In this document: positions 50,216-60,114 of the stretch, piece after piece | Layout of the letters: every line of letters starts with the position of its first letter | Position numbering within the stretch: the stretch's first letter is position 1 | Origin: Opitutales bacterium | GTDB taxonomy: Bacteria; Verrucomicrobiota; Verrucomicrobiia; Opitutales; UBA953 | Length of the DNA: 64,000 nt | Reading direction: 5' to 3' | Assembly: GCA_040398005.1 (NCBI GenBank) | Contig: JBBAUX010000004.1 | Location: 66,926 to 130,925 of the forward strand | Translations under genes and position numbers: made by a program | Notes under the pieces: generated by a model | Databases searched by the model: none | What the model saw: only the letters and a program-made list of their open reading frames with translations | What the model was told of the DNA's origin: nothing

Positions 50216-50285
50216 ATTTTAAGCACACCCACTAACCCTCTTGCTTTCGAATGATTTAAGGATAAATAAGTTAATATTAATACTA

Positions 50286-51173
50286 ATGCTGACTAAAATA
50301 CGACAACTTGCTATAATTTGTGCAATTAGTTCGCCTCTGGTTGCCGCCGAAGTGGCCCCTGCCAAGCCTTGGATCGTGATGTTGGACTGGCAGAATGAAT
50401 CCCAAGAGGTGGTTTCGCATTCAACCGTCGCAGGCAGTTACGGACGAAGTCGCTCAGGCGTCGAAGCGATTTATAAAACAGATGATAGTGTCATCGATTT
50501 AGAATATTATAATTATACCCACGATTTCTCCGGAGCCCTCGCTTCCTCAGATCGCCAGTTTGGCAAGACCAGCGATTTAATGATCACGGGCTACAAGCAG
50601 TGGAACTGGAATGAAAAATATGCGGTGCAATTAATTTACGCTTTGGAATCAGCGAAAGAGGATTCGCTGAGTATGTCCGATGGATTTCGCTGGGGCCTCG
50701 GTGGTGCGGCTCGTTGGAGACCTGATGCGGAAACGGATATATCAATCGGCGTATTACTGGAAGATCGTTTTGAAGACAGCCTTCTGCTTATTCCCTATAT
50801 CAAATTAATTTGGGCACCTTGTCGTTACGCCGAAGTCGAACTGCGCGTGAATGGTTTACAAAATGGTTTAATTGTTCGGAACTTTTTAACGGATGATAAA
50901 TCGACCACTCTGGATTTTACGTTCGCCTATGAAACTTTAAGCTTCCAATTAGCGGATGCGGCTTACGGCAGTCGCGCCGTCGCCATCGGTGAAGCAGTGG
51001 CGCGCGTTGGTATTACCCAGTTTCTAGAAAGCTCGGGCACTTGGTTTGTGCGTGGAGCGGTGGAGTGGACGCCTTTCAGTCGCTACACTTATAATCACAA
51101 TAGCGAAACGCAGGCCGTCTTTCAAACCAGCAGTCGCGTCGGCTTAGCTGCCCGCGTGGGCGCGCGCTTCTAA
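50286..51173 (+). CDS. Putative outer-membrane beta-barrel protein
   Basis: Signal peptide, aromatic-rich amphipathic strands, C-terminal ARVGARF. Confidence 0.6.
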   Translation: MLTKIRQLAIICAISSPLVAAEVAPAKPWIVMLDWQNESQEVVSHSTVAGSYGRSRSGVEAIYKTDDSVIDLEYYNYTHDFSGALASSDRQFGKTSDLMITGYKQWNWNEKYAVQLIYALESAKEDSLSMSDGFRWGLGGAARWRPDAETDISIGVLLEDRFEDSLLLIPYIKLIWAPCRYAEVELRVNGLQNGLIVRNFLTDDKSTTLDFTFAYETLSFQLADAAYGSRAVAIGEAVARVGITQFLESSGTWFVRGAVEWTPFSRYTYNHNSETQAVFQTSSRVGLAARVGARF

Positions 51174-51181
51174 ATTTCCCG

Positions 51182-51907
51182 ATGAAGCCTTATCTTGAAT
51201 GGGTAGAGGCTGAGGTTTCTTTTGGAGACCAAAAAATTCTAGAATCACTTTCGTTGTCCGTGCAGGCGGGCGAATTCATTTCTATCCTCGGTCCATCGGG
51301 CTGTGGTAAGTCGACCCTCCTAAAAGTTGCTGCACAACTCCAACCTTTATCCGCAGGACACTATCACTGCGCGGCACAGGAGCAGGGTTTCGTCTTTCAA
51401 GAACACACTTTGTTGCCCTGGCTCAACGCCCAAGAAAATGTCGAATTGCCGATGATCCTGCGTGGTGAAAACGCGGAAAAGAATACGGAAAAGAGTCAGC
51501 AGCTTTTGACGATGGTCGGATTAGAGGGCAAAGAAAAATCTTATCCCGATCAACTGTCGGGCGGGATGCGGATGCGTGTTTCGCTCGCCCGAGCCCTCGC
51601 CCTCTCTCCCGCCTTGCTTTTATTGGATGAACCCAGTGGGGCCTTGGATGAAATGACGCGTAACCAACTAAACGATACGCTGGTAAATTTACACCAGACG
51701 CTTCATTTCACCGCATTGCATGTGACGCACAGCGTGCATGAGGCCGCTTATTTGGCGGACCGCGTATTTATTTTGGGTGGCCAACCGGCGAAAATCATCA
51801 AGGAATTACGCAATCCATTGCCGCGACCCCGCCGCGCCGACATGCGGGATTCTTTAGAATATCACCATTTCACGGTAGAATGCGGCCGGGCTTTAAGATT
51901 GATTTAA
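51182..51907 (+). CDS. NitT/TauT-family ABC transporter ATP-binding protein
   Basis: GPSGCGKST, VFQE.TLLPWL, YPDQLSGGMRMR, VTHSVHEA. Confidence 0.9.
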   Translation: MKPYLEWVEAEVSFGDQKILESLSLSVQAGEFISILGPSGCGKSTLLKVAAQLQPLSAGHYHCAAQEQGFVFQEHTLLPWLNAQENVELPMILRGENAEKNTEKSQQLLTMVGLEGKEKSYPDQLSGGMRMRVSLARALALSPALLLLDEPSGALDEMTRNQLNDTLVNLHQTLHFTALHVTHSVHEAAYLADRVFILGGQPAKIIKELRNPLPRPRRADMRDSLEYHHFTVECGRALRLI

Positions 51908-51949
51908 CTTCAACTTACCCAACCTTTAGGGGTTTAATTGAGTACTAGG

Positions 51950-53497
51950 ATGTCACCCAAGTTCCGATCCATTTTCTGTGTGTTATTTTTTGCCACGACT
52001 TTGTCGGCTCGCGAGATTGTCGTTAAAAATGACATTCAATTTAAAGCCGCTTTGAGTGCGGCAGCGAGTGGTGATGTGGTTCTGGTCGAGAGCGGTACCT
52101 ATTCGAATATTGATATCAAATTCGCTCGTGCGGGAACGGAGAGTCGCCCCCTCACCGTCAAAGCCAAAGTGCCTGGAGAAGTAATTTTAAAGGGATCCTC
52201 GACCTGCGATTTTAATTTTCCATACGCGGTCGTTGACGGTTTATTCTTTTACCAAGGATCGATTAACCCGGGGGAGGGTGAAGATAATTCCGTCGTAAAA
52301 TTTAGTTCTCATCACGGTGTTTTGAAAAACACGGCGATGGTGGATTATAATCCGTCCGATTTTAAAACATCATACTACTGGGTGTTTTTCGCGGGAAGTA
52401 ATAACACGGTCGACCATTGTTACTTCAAAGGGAAAAATAATAAGCAACCGCTGGTTGGTAATGCGATTGATGAAAGTCGCTACAATGCGGTGAAGTTTTC
52501 GTATTTTAAAAATATCCCCTATCAAGTACTGAATGGGCGGGAGAATATTCGCGTGTGGGGCTCGGGTAAATTTGACGAGAAGGGGAAGGATGGAGCTTAC
52601 TTCACGGTGGAAGGAAATCTTTTTGATCACGCCGACGGCGAAGGCACCGAAATCGTTTCACTTAAGTCCAACTACAACCAGGTCTTAAATAATACGGTAA
52701 TCGCTACCGCTGGGTCTATTAATATTCGTCGCGGGTCCAATAACCTCGTGAAGGGTAACGTGATTTTAGGCCAGGGTGTTAAACAAGCTCAAGGCCTTCG
52801 GATGTCGGGTGCCAATAACACTGTTATTCAAAACTATGTTTCGGGCACCGAATATGGAATTCGCGTATCGGCGGGGGAATATATTGGGAGTGCGTTGACC
52901 CCTGATTATGAGCCCCACATCAAAGATCGGGCGGCGAGTGCTAAAAATACTGACGGTAACGTGACGTCTTATCCCCAGGTTAAAAAATTAATGTTAGCCC
53001 AAAACGTCGTGGCGAATGTGCAGGGTAGTTGTTTAGAGATGGGGTCTGGTTTTAAAAAGCACTGGCCGGCTTCGCAAATGATTCTGTTGCCCGAAGATTC
53101 GGATATTATGAATAATCGTTTTATTAACAAGGAGGCTGGTGCGGTGATCGAAGGATCTTTGCCCGATGGAAAAACCCCGATGGGTGGTATCACGACGAAA
53201 CCTAATCGTTATAAAGGTAATACTATTTTAGGAGATGGAAAAATAAATTATCCGCCCGCAGAGAACGGATTTAAAGTAGAGGCATTGCCCTCTAATTGGT
53301 CGGAGAAAAAAGAGCTCAGTAATTTTAAGGTGCTGACCGCTCAAGAGGTAGGTCCGGCTTGGGTGATTGCCTTGCGCGAAGCGAAGAAGTTTCCGATGGA
53401 AGATGATCGCTCCTGTTATCCAGCCGACGAGGGAACGAAGGACAAGGGTTCCAAGGATAAATCCGATAAATCGGATAAGACTAAGAAGAAAAAATAA
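51950..53497 (+). CDS. Polysaccharide lyase family 6 (alginate lyase/chondroitinase B-like)
   Basis: NNTVDHCYF.GKNN, NGRENIR, GEGTEIVSLKS, parallel beta-helix Asn ladders, signal peptide. Confidence 0.8.
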   Translation: MSPKFRSIFCVLFFATTLSAREIVVKNDIQFKAALSAAASGDVVLVESGTYSNIDIKFARAGTESRPLTVKAKVPGEVILKGSSTCDFNFPYAVVDGLFFYQGSINPGEGEDNSVVKFSSHHGVLKNTAMVDYNPSDFKTSYYWVFFAGSNNTVDHCYFKGKNNKQPLVGNAIDESRYNAVKFSYFKNIPYQVLNGRENIRVWGSGKFDEKGKDGAYFTVEGNLFDHADGEGTEIVSLKSNYNQVLNNTVIATAGSINIRRGSNNLVKGNVILGQGVKQAQGLRMSGANNTVIQNYVSGTEYGIRVSAGEYIGSALTPDYEPHIKDRAASAKNTDGNVTSYPQVKKLMLAQNVVANVQGSCLEMGSGFKKHWPASQMILLPEDSDIMNNRFINKEAGAVIEGSLPDGKTPMGGITTKPNRYKGNTILGDGKINYPPAENGFKVEALPSNWSEKKELSNFKVLTAQEVGPAWVIALREAKKFPMEDDRSCYPADEGTKDKGSKDKSDKSDKTKKKK

Positions 53498-53498
53498 T

Positions 53499-53750
53499 TT
53501 AACGTTGGTTGAGTTGAGTTAAAGAAGCGTGGATGATTTCGTCGCGACGACGGATGGCTTCTTCGAGTTCGGACGTGCGGAGTGAGCGTCGAATCCGCTG
53601 CGCCGTGTAATCAGCGAAGTGGAGGGTGTAGTGAATCCACCATGTCCCATTGTTGTTCCAGAGATGGTGACGGCGGTTCTCTGCGTTCACGCGCAGTGAA
53701 AGACGTGACGGAGTGACGGTGGGAAGGGAGGATGAGTCTGTGTTGATCAT
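53499..53750 (-). CDS. Small hypothetical protein (HHLWNNNGTWW motif) downstream of a riboswitch-like leader
   Basis: 83-aa ORF; W-rich strands followed by RRSLRT..LEEA..RRD helix. Confidence 0.75.
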   Translation of the reverse strand: MINTDSSSLPTVTPSRLSLRVNAENRRHHLWNNNGTWWIHYTLHFADYTAQRIRRSLRTSELEEAIRRRDEIIHASLTQLNQR

Positions 53751-53799
53751 AGCGTGTTTGGATAAAGCGACGCATCACGATCGACCCAGAAGTGGGAAG

Positions 53800-53920
53800 G
53801 ATTTGTGACCTTTCGGTCCTCATCTTAGAAACTTTCGGTTTCTAAAAACCACCGCGGCCGGTGAAGGCTCGGTTGGTGCAAAGGGGGCGGTTTGATGGCC
53901 TGCCCTTGCTCGTGATGTGT
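53800..53920 (-). ncRNA. SAM-I clan riboswitch (SAM-I/IV-like)
   Basis: P1 CAUC/GAUG, J1/2 ACGA, P2 GCAAGGG/CCUUUGC, P3 ACC-AA-CCG/CGG-U-GGU, P4 UUAGAAAC/GUUUCUAA, P5 GACC-GAAA-GGUC. Confidence 0.72.
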
Positions 53921-54085
53921 TATTAAAGAACAATTGTAGATATAAGTGTCGTTTCGAAAAAAGCAAGTCAGCGACTCTAGAACGTGTGTCATAAATTCTA
54001 AATCGAGGTTTTCTGCATGTTTTGGCTTTTATTCAAGGGGTGTTGCCAACGGTCGTCCCCCGTACTTAATCTTTATTTTTAAACC

Positions 54086-54361
54086 ATGGGCTATTTTCGA
54101 TTTCGCAAAGTCCTCTCGCTGGGTAAGTTTTTTAAAATAAATATTTCGAAGACCGGCGTGTCCGCGTCGGTTGGTCGACCGGGCGCGACGCTCAATATTA
54201 AAAAAGATCGGGTCGACGGCACGGTCGGATTGCCAGGGAGTGGATTGTCCTACAAAGAAAATTTATCGAAACGTGGATGCGCTTCGCTTTTCTTGATTCT
54301 TGGTTTGCTCGCCGTGGGCGTGGGCACGAGTTGGAAAATTCTTGGCGTACTATTCACGTAG
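54086..54361 (+). CDS. DUF4236-like small membrane-anchored protein
   Basis: FRFRK...INISKTGVSASVG...GLPGSGLSY plus a C-terminal TM helix. Confidence 0.8.
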   Translation: MGYFRFRKVLSLGKFFKINISKTGVSASVGRPGATLNIKKDRVDGTVGLPGSGLSYKENLSKRGCASLFLILGLLAVGVGTSWKILGVLFT

Positions 54362-54388
54362 TTCCAAAAATTTTCTCAATTACGCAAG

Positions 54389-54472
54389 TGCCCGGGAAAG
54401 GACTCGAACCTTCATGCCTTTAAGGGGCGGCGGATTTTGAATCCGCTGCGGCTGCCATTTCGCCACCCGGGC
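54389..54472 (-). tRNA. tRNA-Leu(CAA), CCA not encoded
   Basis: GCCCGGG/CCCGGGC acceptor stem, GCGGA-TTCAAAA-TCCGC, long variable arm, GGTTCGAGTCC. Confidence 0.93.
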
Positions 54473-54580
54473 TTCTTGCGTAGAGACCATTCACTCCATC
54501 TCGGGGTGGCTGGGCAAGAAAATCCTCTTCACGGATTCACTTAGTTGAAAAATCACTGATGATTTAGACCTTAAAACAAA

Positions 54581-54605
54581 AGAGGCGCCTCAATGAGGCG
54601 CCTCT
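54581..54605. terminator. Terminator after HU
   Basis: AGAGGCGCCTCA-A-TGAGGCGCCTCT, with a T-tract on the minus strand. Confidence 0.65.
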
Positions 54606-54628
54606 GTTTGAAGAAAGTAATTCGAAAA

Positions 54629-54916
54629 TTACTTAGTTCCGAGGATCGCGTCCTTCGCAGCTTTCGCTACGCGGAATTTTACGACCTTCTTAGCTTTGAT
54701 CTGGATAGTTTCGCCAGTAGCAGGATTGCGACCGAGGCGAGCTTTGCGCTGAACGAGAACAAGCTTACCGAGACCAGGAAGCGTGAAGGAGTTCTTCGCG
54801 TTCTTGTAGGCGAGTTGAGCGATGCTTTCGAGAATCGCTACAGCTTGTTTTTTGCTGAGATCATTCTTTTCAGCGATAGCAGCAGCGACTTGGGATTTGG
54901 TGAGGGCTTTGGACAT
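54629..54916 (-). CDS. hup: HU family DNA-binding protein
   Basis: LTKSQV, LPGLGK, RKARLGRNPATGETIQI. Confidence 0.93.
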   Translation of the reverse strand: MSKALTKSQVAAAIAEKNDLSKKQAVAILESIAQLAYKNAKNSFTLPGLGKLVLVQRKARLGRNPATGETIQIKAKKVVKFRVAKAAKDAILGTK

Positions 54917-55101
54917 AGTAGGTATTTGTTGGGTGCAGTATTGCGGGTTTATTTATTAGCCATGTGTGCGAATAAAACCAGCGAAAAATAAAGGTATTTT
55001 AGATGGGGGGTGCAGGATGGCCCAATAGGGCATAGCCCCGACTTGCGCTTACGCAATTTAGTGTCATCAGTTATCGGTCGTATACCCCTACGCCCCTTGC
55101 C

Positions 55102-56385
55102 ATGAAAATTGAATTCTTGATCGCTCTGCTGGTCGCAATTTTTTTGCCCAGCTCGATACTCGCTCAGACAGAAATTACCTATCGTGGTGAACCCGCTTTT
55201 GGTCCTCTGAAATTTGTCCAGCCTCTCGGCCTCGTCTCAGTCCCGGGTCGAAAGGATGAACTTTTAGTCCTCGAAAAGTGCGGCCAAATCCAACGCGTAA
55301 AATTGAGAGAATCTGATGCAGAAAAAACGCAGATTCTAGACGTCAGTAAGCCGAGCGATGGTGTATTTGAGCAGGGTGGCGAGTGCGGTTTGCTCGGAGC
55401 GGCCCTCCATCCCGAACTCGATAAAAATCCCTATCTCTTTGTTTATTATAGTCTTAAGATTAACGGAAAACTGCATCAGCGCCTATCGCGATTCAAATTG
55501 GCCGATATTACATCGCTCAAAGTGCTCAAGGAGTCGGAACAACCTGTGATTACTCAATTCGACTCAGCGAGTAACCATAATGGGGGCGATTTGCACTTCG
55601 GTCCCGATGGCTACTTATATATAAGCTGTGGCGATGGAGGTCAGGCCGATGATCGCCTTAAAAACTCGGGCGACATCATGAAAGGTTTCCATGCGGCCCT
55701 CTACCGAATCGACGTCGATAAACGCCCGGGCAACCTGCCCCCTAATAGTCACCCATCAGTAATTCTGGATGCTCAGGGCGAGGCGTTTTATGCGGTACCA
55801 TCCGACAATCCTTTTGTAGCGGCGACCACCTGTCGGGGGGTGAAATTAGACCCCTCCAAGGTCCGTACCGAGACCTGGGCCATCGGCCTCCGCAACCCCT
55901 GGCGCTTCAGTTTCGACCTCCCAACCGGTCGAATCTTCGCCGGTGACGTCGGCCAAAACCTCTACGAGGAAATCGATATCATCGTCCCAGGAGGCGATTA
56001 CGGATGGAGCGATCGCGAAGGTTCCCGCACGTTTAATCAATCTACAAAGAAAGTTTATTCTGAAAAAAATAAACCAAATCCAAATTCTGGATACATCGAA
56101 CCGATTCACGATTACGAACACAAAGAAGGAATTTCGGCAACGGGTGGATGTGTTTATCGCGGCGAAACGATTCCTTCATTAAAGGGCGCTTATATTTTTG
56201 CGGATTACGGACGTGGTTGGTTAAAGGCACTGCGCGAAGTCGAGGGAGTTTGGACGGATGAGTTCTTATATAATGATGTGACGGTGACGGGCTTTGGCTT
56301 CGATCCGCGCAATGGTGATATTCTTTATACGTCACTCGGCTTAGGCGAAGTCCGCCGCTTAACCGTTGCGAAAAAATTGAAATAA
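55102..56385 (+). CDS. PQQ-dependent sugar dehydrogenase (GSDH-like), secreted
   Basis: ECGLLG, NHNGGDLHFGPDGYLYISCGDGG, GLRNPWRFSFD, GDVGQ. Confidence 0.88.
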   Translation: MKIEFLIALLVAIFLPSSILAQTEITYRGEPAFGPLKFVQPLGLVSVPGRKDELLVLEKCGQIQRVKLRESDAEKTQILDVSKPSDGVFEQGGECGLLGAALHPELDKNPYLFVYYSLKINGKLHQRLSRFKLADITSLKVLKESEQPVITQFDSASNHNGGDLHFGPDGYLYISCGDGGQADDRLKNSGDIMKGFHAALYRIDVDKRPGNLPPNSHPSVILDAQGEAFYAVPSDNPFVAATTCRGVKLDPSKVRTETWAIGLRNPWRFSFDLPTGRIFAGDVGQNLYEEIDIIVPGGDYGWSDREGSRTFNQSTKKVYSEKNKPNPNSGYIEPIHDYEHKEGISATGGCVYRGETIPSLKGAYIFADYGRGWLKALREVEGVWTDEFLYNDVTVTGFGFDPRNGDILYTSLGLGEVRRLTVAKKLK

Positions 56386-56502
56386 TCATCACGCCCTCCG
56401 CACTCAAGGTAGCCCAGTCGGGCTAATGAGCGATTTTGATTTTAAACCATGTTTGCTATTCAGCGGGAGACTATCTAATTAGTAGAAAGTTACCCCAATT
56501 TT

Positions 56503-59214
56503 ATGTTTCGACTTTCACTCTTATTTTTGGCCACTACCGCCTGGGCTGCCGATTTTAAATTTTATGAACCGAAGGAGGGTGGTGATGTTGCCCTCAACCT
56601 TTTCCAGGTACCTGAAGGAATGGAACTCACTTTGTGGGCACGTTCTCCCATGCTCGCAAACCCCACCAATTTTGATATCGATGCTCAAGGGCGTGTTTGG
56701 GTGACGGAAGGGGTTAACTATCGTCAGTATAATGTTGGCGGTAAACGTCGCCCCGAAGGTGATCGAGTAGTGGTCTTAAGTGATACTAAAGGAACGGGTC
56801 GGGCTGATACAGTGCAAACTTTTGTGCAAGACCCTAGCTGGTCCTCGCCCCTCGGCATTGCCGTGCTCGATAACGTTATTATCGTTTCGCATGCGCCGGA
56901 CTTAATTAAATTCACCGACGTTAATCGCGACGGAAAATTTGACCCAGCCGTAGATAAAAGAGAAATTTTACTGACGGGTTTTGGCGGACAAGACCATGAC
57001 CATTCACTCCACGCAGTAGTCGCTGGACCAGATGGTAAGCTTTATCTTAACGCTGGAAACTGTGGCGGAGTTTTTACGGATAAGTCCGGCAAGAATTTTA
57101 ATATCGTCAGTAATTACGATGACCAACGCGGTGCTAAATGGCCGTTTGATCGTGCCAAAGCCCAGGGACAAAAAAGTGACGATGGGTTTGTTTGGATTTC
57201 AGGTTTTTCTGCCCGCATGAATGATGATGGCAGCAACGTCGAAGTCATCGGTAATGGATATCGCAATAGCTTTGAACATTTTCCAACTTCCTTCGGTGAT
57301 TTATTCCAAGGTGATAACGATGACTCGATGAGTTGTCGTACTTCCTATGTTTTAGAATACGCGAGTGCTGGCTTCACGACGCCGACTGGCCAAAGTTTCC
57401 GCTCAGTTCGTCGCGGCCCCGCCCAACCTTTCTCCCGCGCACACTGGCGCCAAGACGATCCCGACACCTTTGATGTGGGTGATATTTATGGTTCGGGCTC
57501 ACCCTCCGGTATGGTAGTTTATGAAAATGGTGCTCTCGATGAACAATGGAACGGCACGCTGCTCAGTTGTGAATCTTCCCGTAACACCATTTTAGCCTAT
57601 AAGATTCAGCCTCAAAAGGCTGGTTTCAAACTAGACGCTGAGTCGCGACAAGAGTGGGTGACTTCGAATGCGGAAAAAGAATATTATGGCGTCGATTTCA
57701 ATAAGCCTAAAAAAGAAACCACCGCGAAAGAAAAAGTTTTATTCCGTCCTTCCGATATTTGTGTGGGTCCGGATGGTGCTATTTATATCGCCGATTGGTA
57801 CGACGCACGCGTCGGTGGTCACCAAACGCTCGATGATCAAGCCCAAGGTTCCATTTACCGTCTCGCCCCGAAAGGTTTTAAATCAGTCATTCCCAAAATT
57901 GATTTAACGACTCCTGAAGGCGCGGTTGATGCATTGCGCAATCCCGCCGTGAATGTTCGTCACCAGGCTTTTAAAGCGATTCAATCTTTTGGGCAAAAAT
58001 CTCTCCCAGCGATTAAAGAACTTTTAAATGATAAGAACTCCTTTGTAGCAGCCCGTGCTGTTTGGTTGCTGCCTTATTTAGGAGACGAAGGAGTAAAAAA
58101 CTGCGAAGGATTATTAAAAGACCCTAATCCGCAAAATCGCATCACCGCCTATCGTGCCTTACGTCGTGCCGGCGTGGATGTTTTAGGCTACGCTAAGGTT
58201 TTAGCCAATGATTCTAATAGTGCCGTACGTCGTGAGGTGGCGACCTCGCTGCACGGAGTGTCTGCGGATAAAGCATTACCTATTCTCGTTACCCTCGCTG
58301 CGAAGATTGATCACACCGATAAAAATTCTTTAACAGCATTCGGCGTCGGTTCTGCTGGAAAACAGGAAGAAGTTTGGGCAGCGCTTAAAACCGATGCCAA
58401 GACCTGGTCACCACAGATTGAGAAATTGGCCTGGATTTTACATCCTACCTCAGCGATTCAAGACTGTGTCATGCGCGTTCGCTCGACGGAACTTACGAAA
58501 GAGCAAAAACTCTTAGCGCTCGAAACACTTTCGTTTATTGAATCTAAAGAAGCGGGACTCGCGATGATTCAATTATGTTCGAGTGAGTCGGAATTAAAAA
58601 ATGAAGCGACGCGTTGGGCGTTGATGCGTATCTCTGGCTTATGGGCGGCTTATGATTTACGCACTGAGTTAAAAAAATCTGGCGTTTATGATCCTGAAAA
58701 AATCGTCGTAAACTCTATCATGTCGATGGAGCCTCCGCGTCCGACTTATACGGAGCAGGATGTTCTTAATAAAAAAGGTGATCCCGAAAAAGGGGGTCAG
58801 CTCATTCTGCGTTGTACCATGTGTCACCAAATCAATGGTGCCGGTGTTGCGCTCGGACCCGAACTTCGTGGTTGGGGTACTCGCCAAGGAGTCCAAGCCG
58901 TCGTTCGTTCCATCGTTAATCCCTCGGCCGATATCGCTCACGGTTACGATGGATTTACCATCAAATTAAAAAATGGAGTCCAAGTGGACGGAATCATGCA
59001 AGGAGAGGGTGACCCACTGTCCGTTCTTTCCGTGGGTGGAGTCAGCCAACTTATTCCCAAAAGCTTTATCAGCCAACGATTTAACAAAGAAGGCAAGCCC
59101 GACGGCTTGGAGATCAATAAGATGAACCGATCACTAATGATGTCGGCTGAGCAACTCGGTTTAACTGCTCAAGAGGTAGCCGATATCGCAGCTTGGATGG
59201 CAACTTACCGATAA
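56503..59214 (+). CDS. PVC-type heme-binding CxxCH membrane-bound dehydrogenase-like protein
   Basis: N-terminal propeller (GRVWV.E..NYR, DHDH), HEAT-like middle region, C-terminal CTMCH...GPEL. Confidence 0.88.
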   Translation: MFRLSLLFLATTAWAADFKFYEPKEGGDVALNLFQVPEGMELTLWARSPMLANPTNFDIDAQGRVWVTEGVNYRQYNVGGKRRPEGDRVVVLSDTKGTGRADTVQTFVQDPSWSSPLGIAVLDNVIIVSHAPDLIKFTDVNRDGKFDPAVDKREILLTGFGGQDHDHSLHAVVAGPDGKLYLNAGNCGGVFTDKSGKNFNIVSNYDDQRGAKWPFDRAKAQGQKSDDGFVWISGFSARMNDDGSNVEVIGNGYRNSFEHFPTSFGDLFQGDNDDSMSCRTSYVLEYASAGFTTPTGQSFRSVRRGPAQPFSRAHWRQDDPDTFDVGDIYGSGSPSGMVVYENGALDEQWNGTLLSCESSRNTILAYKIQPQKAGFKLDAESRQEWVTSNAEKEYYGVDFNKPKKETTAKEKVLFRPSDICVGPDGAIYIADWYDARVGGHQTLDDQAQGSIYRLAPKGFKSVIPKIDLTTPEGAVDALRNPAVNVRHQAFKAIQSFGQKSLPAIKELLNDKNSFVAARAVWLLPYLGDEGVKNCEGLLKDPNPQNRITAYRALRRAGVDVLGYAKVLANDSNSAVRREVATSLHGVSADKALPILVTLAAKIDHTDKNSLTAFGVGSAGKQEEVWAALKTDAKTWSPQIEKLAWILHPTSAIQDCVMRVRSTELTKEQKLLALETLSFIESKEAGLAMIQLCSSESELKNEATRWALMRISGLWAAYDLRTELKKSGVYDPEKIVVNSIMSMEPPRPTYTEQDVLNKKGDPEKGGQLILRCTMCHQINGAGVALGPELRGWGTRQGVQAVVRSIVNPSADIAHGYDGFTIKLKNGVQVDGIMQGEGDPLSVLSVGGVSQLIPKSFISQRFNKEGKPDGLEINKMNRSLMMSAEQLGLTAQEVADIAAWMATYR

Positions 59215-59378
59215 AACTGAGGTAAACACCCTATTTAGGGGCTAATCTTTAGGTAAATTTACCGCTTGCAACTCGCTGGCGGGTTACCAAGTTGAACCTT
59301 CCTTCCTCTCGTCAAGGCACGGCCGCACTACGCGGGCCCGCGACTTACGAGAATCTAATCCAAAATTTACATACAATT

Positions 59379-60071
59379 ATGAAGCAGCTCAGTCTCTCCG
59401 TCACTAGTCGTCAGAACCACGGCCGTGGTCATTCCCGCCGCCTGCGTATTGATGGCTCAATCCCCGCCATTATTTATGGCCCAGCCGGCACGCACAGTGT
59501 GGCTGTCGACCAAAACAATTTCCGCGACCTCATGCGCCAGAAGGGCACGGCCGCTGCGCTTATTGAGCTCGAATTCAACGGTAACAAGATGCTCTCGATC
59601 ATCAAAGAATTTCAACGTCACCCAATCACTCAAAAATTTCTCCACATCGATATTCAACAAATCGATCCTAACGCACCGATGTCGGTCGCAATTCCGATTC
59701 GTACCGTGGGTGAAGCTCATGGTGTGAAGACCGATGGTGGTACTCTCGCGATTGTTTCGCAGACCATCAACGTCCGTTGCTTGCCGAAAGATTTACCTGA
59801 ATTTATCGAAGTCGATGTTACTGCTCTGAAAATCAATGAATCGATTCACGTGGGTGACATTAAAGCACCTGCGGGTATTACCTTCCCTGGCGATCGTGGT
59901 CGCGTAGTCGTGGTTTGCTCCGAAATGGCTGCCGAAGAAGCAGTCGCCGAGCCAGTCGCAGTTACTACTGCAACTACTGCAGACGGCGCCGCCGCTCCGG
60001 CTGCTGGTGCTGCTGCCGCTACTCCTGCTGCTGGCGCTCCCGCTGCCGCTGCTCCCGCCGCCAAGAAATAA
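59379..60071 (+). CDS. rplY: 50S ribosomal protein L25/Ctc
   Basis: RRLR..GSIPAIIYG, QRHP...LHID, GVKTDGG, LPEFIEVDV; Ala-rich tail. Confidence 0.95.
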   Translation: MKQLSLSVTSRQNHGRGHSRRLRIDGSIPAIIYGPAGTHSVAVDQNNFRDLMRQKGTAAALIELEFNGNKMLSIIKEFQRHPITQKFLHIDIQQIDPNAPMSVAIPIRTVGEAHGVKTDGGTLAIVSQTINVRCLPKDLPEFIEVDVTALKINESIHVGDIKAPAGITFPGDRGRVVVVCSEMAAEEAVAEPVAVTTATTADGAAAPAAGAAAATPAAGAPAAAAPAAKK

Positions 60072-60114
60072 TTTTCCGCGCCAGGCGTTCCTGGTACCTG
60101 TTCTTTGAAGTCAA

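Noticed and set aside
54593..54991. 132-aa plus-strand ORF
   Set aside because: Antisense shadow of HU. The same applies to other long antisense ORFs (634-1056, 15498-16004, 24121-24666, 61576-62112).
59930..60071. GCT/GCC-rich repeats
   Set aside because: They encode the Ala/Pro low-complexity tail of L25 and are not a DNA repeat element.
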